Counted from the stretch's first letter, positions 52,221 to 63,140 are shown. The stretch: 64,000 bases of DNA from an uncultured Gammaproteobacteria bacterium (GCA_964545335.1 CAZJFQ010000001.1:1766-65765), one strand, 5' to 3'. Numbers and translations: made by a program. The notes: generated by a model not told the origin, from the sequence alone.

Positions 52221-52405
52221 ATCGAACTCCCTTGGATAATCAGCACATCCGGTGTCGCGGGGATTTTGTATTTCCGGGCAATTCTACCGGAAACAACGAT
52301 GGCAAAGCGCGCTACAGATAGCGCACACTTTGCGTGCGAAAGGAATTTTCCAGCCGGCGGCTCCGAACGCCGCCATCTGCCGACTGTGGACTGAGGACTC
52401 ACGAC

Positions 52406-52792
52406 ATGGACGACAACAAATCTTTGACGATTCTGCAAGCCCTTGCCGACGGTGCCAATCCGTTTACCGGTGAGGGATTCCCCGGTGACAGTGTCTACCA
52501 GGACCCGCGTCTGATTCGGGCTCTGTTCGCGGCGGTACAAAGCCTCGAGCAGGCGGCAGGGCGGCGATCAACCAGAAAGGACCTGCCGCCCAACACCGGC
52601 AAAAAATGGGCACAGGAAGAAGAACAGAAACTCGCGGTCGGCTTCGACTCCGGCCGCAGCATCGAGGAACTGGCCGTTGTTCATCAGCGAACCTATGGTT
52701 CCATCGAAGCCCGGCTGGCGAAGATCGGCAAAATAGAGTTGCCGCCGGAGAAACTGAGATTCCACCAGGCCAGGAAATCCCAAAATCCATAG
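52406..52792 (+). CDS. Hypothetical small protein (128 aa)
   Basis: ATG at 52406 (MDDNKSLT). Divergent from ggt. Possible helix-turn-helix flavour (KKWAQEEEQKLAVGFDSGRSIEELA) but not confidently recognised. Confidence 0.5.
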   Translation: MDDNKSLTILQALADGANPFTGEGFPGDSVYQDPRLIRALFAAVQSLEQAAGRRSTRKDLPPNTGKKWAQEEEQKLAVGFDSGRSIEELAVVHQRTYGSIEARLAKIGKIELPPEKLRFHQARKSQNP

Positions 52793-52805
52793 GCCGGGTC
52801 CCTGC

Positions 52806-52837
52806 AAAAAACAATCCGCTCAATGGCGGATCCTTTT
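52806..52837. terminator. Bidirectional rho-independent terminator between the hypothetical gene and rplQ
   Basis: ATCCGC-TCAATG-GCGGAT hairpin (52814-52831), flanked by A6 on the left and TTTT on the right, so a U-run follows on either strand. Confidence 0.6.
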
Positions 52838-52858
52838 CAACGTACAGAACAAACCGAG

Positions 52859-53287
52859 CTAGTCGGATTTCTTCTTGCGTCTCTTTTTCGCCTTTGGCTT
52901 CTCTTCTGCTACCGGCGTCTCTGCCGTTGCAGCCAGTTCAACCAGTTGCACGATTGCCATGGGAGCAGCATCGCCGCCGCGGAATCCGGCGTGAAGAATA
53001 CGTACGTAACCACCGGGCCGCTCCTTGAATCGCGGTCCGATGTCGGTAAACAGTTTTCCAACTGTTTCCTTGTCTCGCAATTTGTCGAACGCGCGGCGGC
53101 GGCGCGATACGCCGTCCTCCTTCGCAAGCGTTATCAACGGCTCAACCACGCGCCGAAGTTCTTTGGCTTTCGAAACGGTGGTTCGGATCGTCTCATGTTT
53201 GAGCAACGATGCCGCCATATTGCGCAGCATCGCCTTGCGATGTGAGCTGTTGCGGCTGAGTTGCCGACCGCTTTTCAGGTGTCGCAT
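52859..53287 (-). CDS. rplQ: 50S ribosomal protein L17
   Basis: [20 protein letters not shown] start. Last gene of the alpha operon. Lys-rich C-terminal extension. Confidence 0.97.
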   Translation of the reverse strand: MRHLKSGRQLSRNSSHRKAMLRNMAASLLKHETIRTTVSKAKELRRVVEPLITLAKEDGVSRRRRAFDKLRDKETVGKLFTDIGPRFKERPGGYVRILHAGFRGGDAAPMAIVQLVELAATAETPVAEEKPKAKKRRKKKSD

Positions 53288-53308
53288 GGCCTTGCGTTCC
53301 TTCTTTTA

Positions 53309-54313
53309 TCAGGCGGTTTCCCGCTCCTGTTCCGGCTGGAGGGAAGGCGGCGGCCAGTTCTGCAACCGCATACCCAGGGCAAGTCCATGGATATCCAGCA
53401 CTTCCTTGATTTCGGTCAGTGACTTTTTACCGAGGTTAGGCGTCCTGAGGAGTTCGACCTCCGTGCGCTGTACGAGATCACCGATATAGTTGATGCTTTC
53501 GGCCTTCAGGCAGTTCGCTGATCGGACTGTGAGTTCGAGCTCGTCAACCGGCCGCAGCAAGATCGGGTCAATCTGGCTCTCGGCATAACCGGCGGCCGCT
53601 TCGTCCTGACCCTGCAGATCGACGAATACAGACAGCTGATCCTGAAGGATAGAGCCGGCACGACGGATCGCTTCCTCCGGATCGATAGTGCCGTTCGTTT
53701 CCAGATCGATAATGAGCTTATCCAGATCCGTGCGTTGCTCTACACGGGCACTCTCGACTGTGTACGCAACACGGGAAACCGGGGTGAAGGAAGCATCCAG
53801 TTGCAGCCGCCCGATCGGACCCGATGGCTCATCGAACGTGGCGCGCTGTGTAGCCGGACGGTAGCCACGTCCCCGCAGCACTTTCAGCCGCATCCTGAGC
53901 TCACCACTACTGGTCAGATTCGCGATGACCAGGTCCGGGTTAACGATCTCGATATCGTGATCCGAGGCTATATCGCCAGCTGTGACAGGACCCGGCCCGG
54001 ATTTCACCAGTGATAGCTCGGCTTCATCCCGCGCGTGCATACGGATCGCAACCTGCTTCAGGTTGAGCAGGATATCTACGATGTCCTCCTGCACACCTTC
54101 GATCGTCGTATATTCGTGCAACACGCCGTCGATTTCGATCTCCACAATCGCGCAGCCCGGCATTGAGGACAACAGAACCCGTCTCAATGCGTTACCAAGC
54201 GTGTGACCAAAACCGCGTTCAAACGGTTCGATCACGATGCGGGCGTGCTCGTCGCTATGCGCCTGTACTTTGACGACGCGGGGTTTTAAAAATTCACTGA
54301 CTGAACCTTGCAT
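53309..54313 (-). CDS. rpoA: DNA-directed RNA polymerase subunit alpha
   Basis: EFLKPR..., [10 protein letters not shown], and a C-terminal domain [12 protein letters not shown]. Confidence 0.98.
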   Translation of the reverse strand: MQGSVSEFLKPRVVKVQAHSDEHARIVIEPFERGFGHTLGNALRRVLLSSMPGCAIVEIEIDGVLHEYTTIEGVQEDIVDILLNLKQVAIRMHARDEAELSLVKSGPGPVTAGDIASDHDIEIVNPDLVIANLTSSGELRMRLKVLRGRGYRPATQRATFDEPSGPIGRLQLDASFTPVSRVAYTVESARVEQRTDLDKLIIDLETNGTIDPEEAIRRAGSILQDQLSVFVDLQGQDEAAAGYAESQIDPILLRPVDELELTVRSANCLKAESINYIGDLVQRTEVELLRTPNLGKKSLTEIKEVLDIHGLALGMRLQNWPPPSLQPEQERETA

Positions 54314-54330
54314 TTAAGGCAACCTCGTAA

Positions 54331-54951
54331 TTACTTCGAATAAAGTTCCACCACCAGATTCTCGTTGATATCCGGGAGAATCTCGTCTCGTTCGGGTACG
54401 GCCTTGAAAAGGCCCTCCATTTTCTTGTCGTCGACTTCAACCCACTCAGGAAAGCCGACCTGCCCTGCGATCTGCAAGGCCGAGGCCACGCGATCCTGCT
54501 TGCGCGCTTTTTCACGTACACTGATCTTGTCGCCAGGCTGAACCTGATACGACGGAATATTTACGACATCATCGTTGACTTCCACCCCTTTGTGTCCGAC
54601 AAGTTGCCTGGCCTCGGCACGGGTTGAAGCAAATCCCATACGGTAGACGACGTTATCCAGACGGGCCTCGAGCAACTTCAAAAGCAATTCGCCGGTCGCT
54701 CCCTTGCGCCTCGCAGCCGTCTTGTAGTAATTCCTGAACTGGCGTTCCAGAATGCCGTACATGCGTCTCAGTTTCTGCTTTTCCCTGAGCTGCAATCCAT
54801 AATCAGATACTCTTGGACGTCTCTGCCCTGGTCCACCTGGCGGAACCTCAGACTTACATTTCGAGTCCAGGGATCGCACGCCACTCTTCAGGAAGAGATC
54901 AGTACCTTCGCGTCGCGAAAGTTTACATTTTGGTCCCAGATATCGCGCCAT
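54331..54951 (-). CDS. rpsD: 30S ribosomal protein S4
   Basis: [24 protein letters not shown] start. Confidence 0.98.
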   Translation of the reverse strand: MARYLGPKCKLSRREGTDLFLKSGVRSLDSKCKSEVPPGGPGQRRPRVSDYGLQLREKQKLRRMYGILERQFRNYYKTAARRKGATGELLLKLLEARLDNVVYRMGFASTRAEARQLVGHKGVEVNDDVVNIPSYQVQPGDKISVREKARKQDRVASALQIAGQVGFPEWVEVDDKKMEGLFKAVPERDEILPDINENLVVELYSK

Positions 54952-54966
54952 CTCTCGTGCTCTCTG

Positions 54967-55353
54967 TCAGACTCGACGACGTTTCGGTGGCCGACAACCA
55001 TTGTGCGGAATCGGCGTAACGTCTTCGATTTTGGTGATCTTGTAACCAACGGCATTGAGTGAACGCACCGCCGATTCCCGGCCTGGTCCCGGACCCTTGA
55101 CCCGGACCTCCAGATTCTTCAGACCGTAGTCCTGCGCCGCCTTGCCGGCTCTTTCGGCCGCAACCTGGGCTGCAAACGGCGTGCTCTTGCGCGACCCGCG
55201 AAAACCACAACCACCCGCAGTCGCCCAACTGAGCGTATTGCCCTGACGATCAGTAATCGTGATGATGGTGTTGTTAAACGACGCGTGTATATGCGCGATT
55301 CCATCCATCACAGATTTCTTGACCTTTTTCCGTGCTTTTGTTGGCTTAGCCAT
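54967..55353 (-). CDS. rpsK: 30S ribosomal protein S11
   Basis: [18 protein letters not shown] motif. Confidence 0.98.
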   Translation of the reverse strand: MAKPTKARKKVKKSVMDGIAHIHASFNNTIITITDRQGNTLSWATAGGCGFRGSRKSTPFAAQVAAERAGKAAQDYGLKNLEVRVKGPGPGRESAVRSLNAVGYKITKIEDVTPIPHNGCRPPKRRRV

Positions 55354-55463
55354 CTGTTAGTCCTGAGTCCTGAATCCTGAGCTGCCGACGCATCCGCATC
55401 GGTTCACTTTCCGCTTGCCGCTGTCCGCTTTCCACTTTTCACCTTTCACTTCCCGGTTCCCGC
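55354..55463 (+). repeat. Composite heptamer/hairpin/heptamer element inside the alpha operon (copy 6)
   Basis: CTGTTAG TCCTGAG TCCTGAA TCCTGAG (55354-55381). Imperfect hairpin CCGACGC-ATCC-GCATCGG (55385-55402). Eight units TTCACTT TCCGCTT GCCGCTG TCCGCTT TCCACTT TTCACCT TTCACTT CCCGGTT (55403-55458). The parts sum to the 117-nt rpsM-rpsK spacer. Confidence 0.85.
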
Positions 55464-55470
55464 AAAGTGC

Positions 55471-55827
55471 TTACTTCTTGATCGGTCTCCGCGGGCCCTT
55501 TCTGCAGCGTGCATTCGTCCTGGTTCGCTGACCCCGAACAGGCAGCCCGCGCCGGTGACGGATTCCGCGGTAGCAACCGAGGTCCATCAAGCGTTTGATG
55601 TTCATCGACACTTCCCGGCGCAGGTCGCCCTCAACCGGGAATTTCGCGATTTCCGTCCTGAGTTTAGCCAACTCCGGCTCACCCAGGTCCTTGACCTTGA
55701 CTCCCGGGTCAATACCGGCGCCAGCACAAGCCTGTCTGGCCCGGGTTTGTCCGATGCCATAGATATCGGTCAGTGCGATACCGATGTGCTTGTGTACCGG
55801 TATGTTGATGCCTGCAATACGTGCCAT
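55471..55827 (-). CDS. rpsM: 30S ribosomal protein S13
   Basis: [14 protein letters not shown] start. Confidence 0.98.
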   Translation of the reverse strand: MARIAGINIPVHKHIGIALTDIYGIGQTRARQACAGAGIDPGVKVKDLGEPELAKLRTEIAKFPVEGDLRREVSMNIKRLMDLGCYRGIRHRRGLPVRGQRTRTNARCRKGPRRPIKK

Positions 55828-55828
55828 G

Positions 55829-55948
55829 CTGTAGTCCTGAGTCTGTATCCTAGGTCTGTAGTCTGTAGTCTGTAGTCTGTAGCAATGTCATGGCGCTATA
55901 GCGCCGCTTCTTTTCACTCTTCACTCTTCGCTTCCCGCTTCCCGCCGC
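55829..55948 (+). repeat. Composite heptamer/hairpin/heptamer element in the rpmJ-rpsM spacer (copy 7)
   Basis: Eight units CTGTAGT CCTGAGT CTGTATC CTAGGTC TGTAGTC x3 TGTAGCA (55829-55884). Hairpin GGCGC-TATA-GCGCC (55892-55905). Then CGCTTCT TTTCACT-type units TCACTCT x2, TCGCTTC, CCGCTTC, CCGCCGC (to 55948). Confidence 0.85.
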
Positions 55949-55965
55949 GTGAACCTTGTGCACGC

Positions 55966-56079
55966 TTATCCCTGCCTCTGCTTGTGCCGCGCGTCTTTGC
56001 AGATAACGCGCACGACACCCTTACGTCGCACGATCTTGCAATCGCGGCAAATCTTTTTGACTGAAGCCCTGACTTTCAT
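55966..56079 (-). CDS. rpmJ: 50S ribosomal protein L36 (Zn-binding type)
   Basis: Not in the ORF track because it is under 60 aa. My translation is [37 protein letters not shown] (37 aa) with a CxxC...C...H pattern. It lies between secY and rpsM as expected. Confidence 0.93.
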   Translation of the reverse strand: MKVRASVKKICRDCKIVRRKGVVRVICKDARHKQRQG

Positions 56080-56098
56080 GGCAACTCTCCAAAACCCC

Positions 56099-57445
56099 TC
56101 AGCGGATTTGCCCTGAGCGGCCATAGCCCCTGAGATTGGCCTTCTTCAGCAGACCTTCGTACTGGTGCGACATCATGTGAGCCTGCAATTGCGACATGAA
56201 GTCCATTACCACAACCACAATAATCAGCAGCGATGTCCCGCCGAAATAAAATGGCACATTCCAGAACAGCCGCATGAATTCGGGCACCAGGCAAACAGCC
56301 GACACATACATGGCGCCCCAGAAAGTCAGCCGGGTCAGCACGGTATCGAGGTACTCCGCGGTCTGCTGGCCAGGTCGAATACCGGGGATAAATGCGCCCG
56401 ACTTCTTAAGATTTTCCGCCGTATCGCGTGAATTCACGACCAGCGCTGTATAAAAGAAACAGAAAAAGATTATCAGTGCAGCATAGAGCATCATGTAAAT
56501 CGGCTGCCCCGGCGACAGAGCTGCGGATACCTGCTGCAACCAGGTCAGTCCTTCCGTGGTTCCGAACCAGTTGGCAATTGTTCCCGGAAAGATAATCAGG
56601 CTCGACGCAAAAATCGGCGGAATGACACCCGCCATATTAATCTTGAAGGGCAGATGCTGTGTTTGACCGGCATACATGCGCCGCCCCTGCTGCCGCCGGG
56701 CGTAGTTGACGGCAATGCGGCGTTGACCGCGCTCGACGAACACGACAAATGCCGTAACGGCCAGGATGACGATGAGCAACATCAAGGCAACGGCCGGCAG
56801 CATTTGACCGGTCTGCACCTGGTTAAATGTCCCGCCGATAGCGGATGGCAACCCGGAGATGATCCCGGCAAGAATAATCATCGATATGCCATTGCCAATG
56901 CCTCTTTCCGTAACCTGCTCACCTAGCCACATCAGAAACATTGTGCCCGTAACCAGAGTAACCGCGGCTGTGAATACGAACTGCGGTCCCGGGGCAATGA
57001 CAACGTTCTGGTTCTGCAACGCGATCGCAGCAGCTACAGATTGAAAAGACGCCAGCCCCACAGTCCCGTAACGCGTGTATTGGGTAATCTTGCGGCGTCC
57101 CTGTTCACCTTCCTTGCGTAGCTGCTGCAAGCTCGGCACCACATGCGACATCATCTGCATAATGATCGCCGAGGAAATATACGGCATGATGCCAAGCGCA
57201 AAGATGCTCAGACGCTCCAGTGCGCCACCAGAAAACATGTTGAACAGATTGACGATGGAACCACTGCCAAGCTGGTCGAACAGCCGCTGCAGGGCTTCCG
57301 GATCTACCCCCGGAACCGGGATGAACGTACCGATCCGATAGACGATGAGCGCACCAACGAGGAAGAAGATGCGCTGACGCAACTCCTTGAACTTGGTGGC
57401 CTCGCCGAAAGCAGCGGCCGGTCCGGTTAGGGATCCTGTTGCCAC
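56099..57445 (-). CDS. secY: Preprotein translocase subunit SecY
   Basis: 10-TM pattern, [13 protein letters not shown] motif, and position in the spc operon. Confidence 0.98.
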   Translation of the reverse strand: MATGSLTGPAAAFGEATKFKELRQRIFFLVGALIVYRIGTFIPVPGVDPEALQRLFDQLGSGSIVNLFNMFSGGALERLSIFALGIMPYISSAIIMQMMSHVVPSLQQLRKEGEQGRRKITQYTRYGTVGLASFQSVAAAIALQNQNVVIAPGPQFVFTAAVTLVTGTMFLMWLGEQVTERGIGNGISMIILAGIISGLPSAIGGTFNQVQTGQMLPAVALMLLIVILAVTAFVVFVERGQRRIAVNYARRQQGRRMYAGQTQHLPFKINMAGVIPPIFASSLIIFPGTIANWFGTTEGLTWLQQVSAALSPGQPIYMMLYAALIIFFCFFYTALVVNSRDTAENLKKSGAFIPGIRPGQQTAEYLDTVLTRLTFWGAMYVSAVCLVPEFMRLFWNVPFYFGGTSLLIIVVVVMDFMSQLQAHMMSHQYEGLLKKANLRGYGRSGQIR

Positions 57446-57446
57446 A

Positions 57447-57884
57447 TCAATCCTCTATCTTGCCGCCGGCGGCTTCAATAGCCTTACGGGCTCCCGGCGT
57501 GACTTTGAGCCCCTTACACGTTACAGCCGTGGTGATTTCTCCCGAGGCAATGACTTTTACCTGCCGGGTTACCCTCGATACAACTCGGGCAGCCTTGAGT
57601 GCGTCCAGGTCCACGGTTTTCGATCCGGCTTTTGCCAGTTCGTGCAATCTGACTTCAGCCGCATAGCGTGACTTCCGGGATGCGAAGCCTACCTTTGGCA
57701 GGCGCCGTTGCAACGGCATCTGACCGCCTTCGAAACCGACTTTGTGATAGCCGCCGGATCGCGAGTGCTGACCCTTCTGGCCCCGGCCACAGGTCTTGCC
57801 CTGGCCGGCTGCGACACCTCGCCCGCGGCGTTTAGCAGATGTCTTGCTGCCCCTACCGGGTTTTATCGTGTTCAATCGCATCAC
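57447..57884 (-). CDS. rplO: 50S ribosomal protein L15
   Basis: [12 protein letters not shown]... [12 protein letters not shown]. The start is the first or second ATG of ATGATG. Confidence 0.97.
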   Translation of the reverse strand: MMRLNTIKPGRGSKTSAKRRGRGVAAGQGKTCGRGQKGQHSRSGGYHKVGFEGGQMPLQRRLPKVGFASRKSRYAAEVRLHELAKAGSKTVDLDALKAARVVSRVTRQVKVIASGEITTAVTCKGLKVTPGARKAIEAAGGKIED

Positions 57885-58093
57885 GCTTCCTCGACCTTCA
57901 GCAGATAAGACACCCTATTGATCATGCCCCGGATTTCCCGTGTGTCCTGCAATGTCACGGTCTGGTTGATTCTTTTCAGACCGAGACCCGCAATAGTCGC
58001 CCGATGCTTTGGCAAACGCCCGAAACGGCTCCTGATCAGTGTTACCCGAACCTGACCCGTTGTTAAATTCTTCGAACTACTGGCGGCCATCAT
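57881..58093 (-). CDS. rpmD: 50S ribosomal protein L30
   Basis: [27 protein letters not shown]. The real start is the ATG overlapping the rpsE stop (TGATGATG). The track ORF to 58246 is over-extended into rpsE. Confidence 0.93.
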   Translation of the reverse strand: MMAASSSKNLTTGQVRVTLIRSRFGRLPKHRATIAGLGLKRINQTVTLQDTREIRGMINRVSYLLKVEEA

Positions 58094-58599
58094 CAACCCC
58101 GAATATCGGCCACTTTCTTGCCACGTTTGGCCGCAATCTGCTCCGGTGAGCGCATATTTATCAGCGCTTGGACGGTCGCACGTACAACGTTGATCGGATT
58201 TCGCGAACCGTAGCTCTTGGCCAGTACATTGCGGACGCCGGCGCATTCGAAAACGGCACGCATTGCACCGCCCGCGATTATTCCGGTGCCCTCTGAAGCT
58301 GGCTGCATAAAGACCCGGGTCGCGCCATGCCGTCCCTGCATGGTGTATTGCAGCGTTTCCTTGTTCAGGTGCACGTCGATCATGTTCTTGCGGGCGATCT
58401 GCATCGATTTTTGAATCGCCAGGGGTACTTCGCGGGCTTTTCCGTATCCGTAGCCAACCCGGCCATTGCCGTCACCGACCACGCTAAGTGCCGTAAAACC
58501 GAACTGCCGGCCGCCTTTCACGACTTTGGCAACACGATTTATCGCGACCAGTTTCTCCTGCAGATCATCGCCTGCAGCGGTTTTGTCCATCCTCGCCAT
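58093..58599 (-). CDS. rpsE: 30S ribosomal protein S5
   Basis: [22 protein letters not shown] motif. Confidence 0.98.
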   Translation of the reverse strand: MARMDKTAAGDDLQEKLVAINRVAKVVKGGRQFGFTALSVVGDGNGRVGYGYGKAREVPLAIQKSMQIARKNMIDVHLNKETLQYTMQGRHGATRVFMQPASEGTGIIAGGAMRAVFECAGVRNVLAKSYGSRNPINVVRATVQALINMRSPEQIAAKRGKKVADIRG

Positions 58600-58621
58600 C
58601 GTTCAGGTCCTGCTAACCCTC

Positions 58622-58978
58622 TTAGAATTTCAGCCCGCTCTCGCGGGCAGCCTCAGCCAGCGCTTTCACGCGACCGTGATATTTGAATCCCGACCGGTCG
58701 AAAGCGACCGTATCCACTCCGGCCTTGAGGGCCGCTGCCGCGATTGCCTTGCCAACGGCGCGGGCAGCATCCGCATTGCACGTACCCTTCAGACCGGATC
58801 GAACCGATTTCTGTACTGTCGACGCTGCCGCTACCACATCGCCGCCATCCGGCGTAATAACCTGCGCGTAGATATGGCGCGGCGTTCGATGCACGCTCAG
58901 CCGATGTACACCAAGCTCTTGTATCTTTGCCCGGCCCCGGCGCGCTCGACGAAGTCGTCGTGTTGTCTTGTCCTTCAC
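58622..58978 (-). CDS. rplR: 50S ribosomal protein L18
   Basis: [15 protein letters not shown] and [16 protein letters not shown]. Confidence 0.98.
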   Translation of the reverse strand: MKDKTTRRLRRARRGRAKIQELGVHRLSVHRTPRHIYAQVITPDGGDVVAAASTVQKSVRSGLKGTCNADAARAVGKAIAAAALKAGVDTVAFDRSGFKYHGRVKALAEAARESGLKF

Positions 58979-58989
58979 CCGCTGAGCCC

Positions 58990-59523
58990 CTACTTCTTCT
59001 TCGCCTCTTTAATAACTACACGCTCATCGGCGTAACGTACGCCCTTGCCCTTGTATGGCTCCGGGGGCCGATATGCCCGGATTTCGGCAGCCACCTGGCC
59101 CACTTTCTGCTTGTCAATTCCCCGTACCACGATTTCTGTCTGACTGGGTGTTTCGACGGCAATCCCTTCCGGCACCGCATAATTCACCGGGTGGGAAAAG
59201 CCCAGTAAAAGGTTTAGCGAGTTGCCCTGCACTTTGGCGCGATAACCCACACCGACCAACTCCAGTTTCTTTTCATATCCCTGTTTCACTCCGGTGACCA
59301 TGTTGTTGAGCAGTGCTCTGGTCGTGCCGGCAATAGCGACAGCGGAGCGCGAATTCGATCGTGTAACGACACTCAACTGTGCACCTTCCTGCTGAACGGC
59401 CACGTCACCATGAAGATCGAGCGAAAGCGTACCCTTGGCGCCCTTGATGGTGATCGTATTGCCACTTTCAGAGTACTCAACGCCCTGTGGCAGCTCGACC
59501 GGTATTTTTGCAACTCTCGACAT
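58990..59523 (-). CDS. rplF: 50S ribosomal protein L6
   Basis: [12 protein letters not shown] start and [11 protein letters not shown]. Confidence 0.98.
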   Translation of the reverse strand: MSRVAKIPVELPQGVEYSESGNTITIKGAKGTLSLDLHGDVAVQQEGAQLSVVTRSNSRSAVAIAGTTRALLNNMVTGVKQGYEKKLELVGVGYRAKVQGNSLNLLLGFSHPVNYAVPEGIAVETPSQTEIVVRGIDKQKVGQVAAEIRAYRPPEPYKGKGVRYADERVVIKEAKKK

Positions 59524-59541
59524 CTAGTCTTCCTGGTCAGA

Positions 59542-59934
59542 TCACGACACCAAACACAGAATCTCACCGCCGGCTCCAATTTCCCGAGCCTTGCGGTCAC
59601 TCATCACCCCGCGCGAAGTCGACACAATCGCTACGCCGAGCCCGCCCAGCACGGTTGGCAAGTCGTTCTTGCCACGATATACGCGCAGACCCGGCCGGCT
59701 CACACGCTGGATGCTTTCGATAACGCCCTGACCATCAAAATACTTGAGCGCGACGATGAGCGCCGGCTTGGCACCCTCGTCCTTCCGAAAGTCCGTGATG
59801 TAGCCTTCGTCTTTCAATACGCGACAGATCGCCTCCTTTACCCTGGACCACGGAATACTTACCTCAGCCATGCCCGTTGCCTGGCCGTTTCGCACTCGTG
59901 TAAGGAGATCAGCAATCGGATCGGTCATGCTCAT
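59542..59934 (-). CDS. rpsH: 30S ribosomal protein S8
   Basis: [17 protein letters not shown] start. Confidence 0.98.
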   Translation of the reverse strand: MSMTDPIADLLTRVRNGQATGMAEVSIPWSRVKEAICRVLKDEGYITDFRKDEGAKPALIVALKYFDGQGVIESIQRVSRPGLRVYRGKNDLPTVLGGLGVAIVSTSRGVMSDRKAREIGAGGEILCLVS

Positions 59935-59949
59935 AGATGGGCCTCTTCT

Positions 59950-60255
59950 CTACCAGCTTGCCTTGGACAGGCCGGGAATCTCTCCGCGCATAGTTGCTTC
60001 CCGCAGCTTGTTGCGTCCAAGTCCAAATTTCCTGTAATAACCGCGTGGGCGTCCCGTGATACGGCAGCGGTTGCGTAACCGAACCGGGCTTGCGTTGCGC
60101 GGCAGCGCCTGCAGTTTGCGTTGAGCATCGCGCCGGATGCTTTCATCGGTTTTTGGATTCCGAATGAGCTCCTTGAGCTCTTTTCGTTTTGCCGCGTACC
60201 GCCGTACCACTTTGGCGCGTTTCAGTTGACGCTCGACCATCGATTTCTTCGCCAT
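59950..60255 (-). CDS. rpsN: 30S ribosomal protein S14 (long form)
   Basis: [13 protein letters not shown] start and a C-terminal SW. 101 aa. Confidence 0.98.
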   Translation of the reverse strand: MAKKSMVERQLKRAKVVRRYAAKRKELKELIRNPKTDESIRRDAQRKLQALPRNASPVRLRNRCRITGRPRGYYRKFGLGRNKLREATMRGEIPGLSKASW

Positions 60256-60257
60256 AT

Positions 60258-60806
60258 CTAGCGACCATCCTTTCGAAACGGAAAATTAAAGGCCTCAAGC
60301 AACGCGCGACCTTCCTCATCCGTTTTTGCTGTAGTCGTAATCGTAATATTCAAACCCCGCAGCATATCGATCTTGTCGTAATCAATTTCGGGGAAAATAA
60401 TTTGTTCCCGCACGCCGACACTGTAGTTCCCGCGACCGTCGAAAGCCCGGACGCTGAGACCCCGAAAGTCTCTGACCCGGGGAATACACACATTAATCAG
60501 TCGATCAAGAAACTCGTACATGCGTGCGCGGCGCAAAGTGACCTTGCAGCCAATCGGCGTTCCTTCACGGATCTTGAACGTTGCGACTGACTTGCGCGCT
60601 ATCGTCGTCACAGGCTTCTGGCCAGCGATAAGCGTAAGGTCATTCACCGCATGATCGAGAACCTTCTTGTCGTTCTTCGCTTCACCGACGCCCATGTTCA
60701 GCGTAATTTTCGAGATCTTCGGCACTTCCATGACAGTACCAACCTTCAGGCGCTTCGTCAGTTGAGGCACCACCGTTTCGCGATAAAACTCCTGTAACCT
60801 GGCCAT
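60258..60806 (-). CDS. rplE: 50S ribosomal protein L5
   Basis: [16 protein letters not shown] start. Confidence 0.98.
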   Translation of the reverse strand: MARLQEFYRETVVPQLTKRLKVGTVMEVPKISKITLNMGVGEAKNDKKVLDHAVNDLTLIAGQKPVTTIARKSVATFKIREGTPIGCKVTLRRARMYEFLDRLINVCIPRVRDFRGLSVRAFDGRGNYSVGVREQIIFPEIDYDKIDMLRGLNITITTTAKTDEEGRALLEAFNFPFRKDGR

Positions 60807-60815
60807 ATTTCTGTC

Positions 60816-61133
60816 CTAAACGTCCACGACTTCTTTCGTGGACCTGAAGATTCGTTTCTTGTCGCCGTCTTCAAGCACTTTCACCCCGACCCGATCCCCT
60901 TTTTTGGACACCGGGTTATAAAGCATCACGTTGGATGCGTGGAGCGGCATTTCCTTTTCAATGATCCCGCCCGCAATACCCTGGTTCGGATTCGGTTTCT
61001 GATGTTTCTTGACCATGTTTATGTTTTCGACGAGCACACGACCGTTCGGGAATACCTTGATCACGGTCCCGCGCCGACCCTTGTCTCTGCCGGCCGTCGC
61101 GACAACCTCGTCACCTTTACGAATTCTTTGCAT
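60816..61133 (-). CDS. rplX: 50S ribosomal protein L24
   Basis: MQRIRKGDEVV start at 61133. The track start at 61163 overlaps rplN. Confidence 0.96.
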   Translation of the reverse strand: MQRIRKGDEVVATAGRDKGRRGTVIKVFPNGRVLVENINMVKKHQKPNPNQGIAGGIIEKEMPLHASNVMLYNPVSKKGDRVGVKVLEDGDKKRIFRSTKEVVDV

Positions 61134-61143
61134 CTGAACGTCC

Positions 61144-61512
61144 TTACAACACTTCCGGCGCAAGCGAAATGATCTTCATAAACTTCTCGCTCCTGAGTTC
61201 ACGAGTGACAGGACCAAAAATTCGTGTTCCAATCGGTTCCATTCTCGGACTCAAAAGCACAGCCGCGTTACCGTCGAAACGGATCAGCGAGCCATCAGCG
61301 CGCCGGACCCCTTTACGGGTTCGAACGACGACTGCGTGATAGATTTCACCTTTCTTGACCTTACCGCGCGGAATCGCATCTTTGACACTGACCTTGATTA
61401 TGTCGCCGATGCCGGCATATCGACGCTTGGAGCCGCCGAGCACCTTTATGCACATCAGGCGGCGCGCGCCGCTGTTGTCAGCCGCGTTAAGCATTGTCTG
61501 CATCTGGATCAT
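61144..61512 (-). CDS. rplN: 50S ribosomal protein L14
   Basis: [17 protein letters not shown] start. Confidence 0.98.
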   Translation of the reverse strand: MIQMQTMLNAADNSGARRLMCIKVLGGSKRRYAGIGDIIKVSVKDAIPRGKVKKGEIYHAVVVRTRKGVRRADGSLIRFDGNAAVLLSPRMEPIGTRIFGPVTRELRSEKFMKIISLAPEVL

Positions 61513-61536
61513 CGCTATCTCCGCCCCGCCTTTTCG

Positions 61537-61812
61537 TTACTGCTGCCGCTCTATTACGTTAACGACCCGCCAGGACTTGCGCTTCGACATCGGTCGACAC
61601 GGTGAAATCGCCACCAGATCGCCCTGCTGGCACTCATTGTTCTCGTCATGCGCCATCAGTTTTGTTCGACGACGAATGTATTTGCCGTAGACCGGGTGCT
61701 TAACCAGACGCTCCACGGTCACAGTAATCGTCTTATCCATACCGCTGCTGCTCACGCGGCCGGTCAGCGTCCGTTCTACTTTGCTGTCTGTCTTTGTCTT
61801 TTCCTGACTCAT
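61537..61812 (-). CDS. rpsQ: 30S ribosomal protein S17
   Basis: [18 protein letters not shown] and [11 protein letters not shown]. Confidence 0.97.
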   Translation of the reverse strand: MSQEKTKTDSKVERTLTGRVSSSGMDKTITVTVERLVKHPVYGKYIRRRTKLMAHDENNECQQGDLVAISPCRPMSKRKSWRVVNVIERQQ

Positions 61813-62018
61813 TCGGATTCACTCCCGACTTCGCGGCCTTTTTCGTTAAGCACCGTCTTGACCCGGGCAATATCACGTCTCACTCGGCGGTACTGGTCGG
61901 GACGTGCCAATTGACCGGTAGCTTTCTGCATACGCAGGTTGAACTGCTCGCGCCGAAGCTTTATCAGCTCGCCGCTGAGTTCCTGGTCGGACATCTTTCT
62001 TAGTTCGCCGGCCCTCAT
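61809..62018 (-). CDS. rpmC: 50S ribosomal protein L29
   Basis: [27 protein letters not shown]. Confidence 0.97.
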   Translation of the reverse strand: MRAGELRKMSDQELSGELIKLRREQFNLRMQKATGQLARPDQYRRVRRDIARVKTVLNEKGREVGSESE

Positions 62019-62431
62019 CCCATTACCTGTCTTGTCACAAACATGGTCGAAATCGGTAGTTTGGCCGCTGCCAATCGAAACGCCTCGCGGGCCTCGTCTT
62101 CGCTTACACCTTCCATTTCGTACAGCACACGTCCCGGTTGCACCTTTGCTACCCAGTATTCGACATTTCCTTTGCCCTTACCCTGGCGGACTTCCAGCGG
62201 CTTTTTGGTCACCGGCACATCGGGGAAGATCCGTATCCAGATCTTGCCGTGCCGCTTGATGTAGCGGGTCATTGCACGACGCGCGGCCTCGATCTGCCGC
62301 GAAGTCAAACGGCCCCGGTCAGTCGCCTTCAGCCCGTACATACCGAAAGCAACGGTAGTGCCACGTTTAGCATTGCCGCGGTTGCGACCTTTCTGCTGCT
62401 TACGAAACTTCGTTCTCTTTGGCTGCAACAT
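62015..62431 (-). CDS. rplP: 50S ribosomal protein L16
   Basis: [19 protein letters not shown] start. Confidence 0.98.
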   Translation of the reverse strand: MLQPKRTKFRKQQKGRNRGNAKRGTTVAFGMYGLKATDRGRLTSRQIEAARRAMTRYIKRHGKIWIRIFPDVPVTKKPLEVRQGKGKGNVEYWVAKVQPGRVLYEMEGVSEDEAREAFRLAAAKLPISTMFVTRQVMG

Positions 62432-62441
62432 GACTGCTGTC

Positions 62442-63125
62442 CTATCGGGCCGCCTTCTCGGCTCGGGCTTCGCTGCCTGTTTCCACCCGGTCCAATACCT
62501 CGCCTTTAAAGATCCAGACCTTTACGCCGATTACGCCATAAGTCGTCTTTGCTTCCGAGAAGCCATAGTCGATATCGGCCCTGAATGTGTGCAACGGTAC
62601 GCGGCCTTCCCGATACCACTCCGAGCGAGCGATTTCAGCGCCATTCAGCCGGCCGGCAACCTTTACCTTGATTCCCTTGGCGCCGATCCGCATAGCATTG
62701 GTAACGGCTCGCTTCATCGCGCGCCTGAACATGACCCGCCGCTCGAGCTGCTGGGCAATACCCTCGGCGACCAGCTGGGCATCCAGCTCTGGCTTCCTGA
62801 TCTCGGCGATGTTGATCCGAACATCATTGATATGCATGCCCATAATCCTGGCAACTTCAACCCGCAGCTTTTCAATATCCTCACCCTTCTTACCAATCAC
62901 GATGCCGGGTCGTGCCGTATGGATGGTAATGTGAGCTTTTTTCGCCGGACGCTCTATGTGAATTTGACTCACCGATGCCTGCGACAGCCGTTGCTTCAGA
63001 AATTCGCGGACGGCGAAATCAGTATAGACCTGGTCAGCAAAACCTCGTGTATCTGAATACCACTTGGATGCCCAGTCTTTCGTGATACCGAGCCGGATAC
63101 CGATTGGATGAACTTTCTGCCCCAT
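62442..63125 (-). CDS. rpsC: 30S ribosomal protein S3
   Basis: [14 protein letters not shown] start. Confidence 0.98.
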   Translation of the reverse strand: MGQKVHPIGIRLGITKDWASKWYSDTRGFADQVYTDFAVREFLKQRLSQASVSQIHIERPAKKAHITIHTARPGIVIGKKGEDIEKLRVEVARIMGMHINDVRINIAEIRKPELDAQLVAEGIAQQLERRVMFRRAMKRAVTNAMRIGAKGIKVKVAGRLNGAEIARSEWYREGRVPLHTFRADIDYGFSEAKTTYGVIGVKVWIFKGEVLDRVETGSEARAEKAAR

Positions 63126-63140
63126 CTGGCGATCCTTTCC

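Noticed and set aside
55829-55884. Heptamer arrays considered as a CRISPR array or as coding tandem repeats.
   Set aside because: The units are 7 nt with no spacers. The arrays span only 14-56 nt and no cas genes are present. The arrays lie outside the ORFs, whose conserved termini fix the boundaries.
57881-58246. Over-extended N-termini in the ORF track that create apparent gene overlaps. Affected genes are rpmD, rplV, rplX, ssb, ybeY, corC, maf, purC, sat/cysC, pmbA and the Sel1-like gene.
   Set aside because: Conserved family N-termini and RBS positions point to internal start codons. The extensions overlap neighbouring conserved genes.
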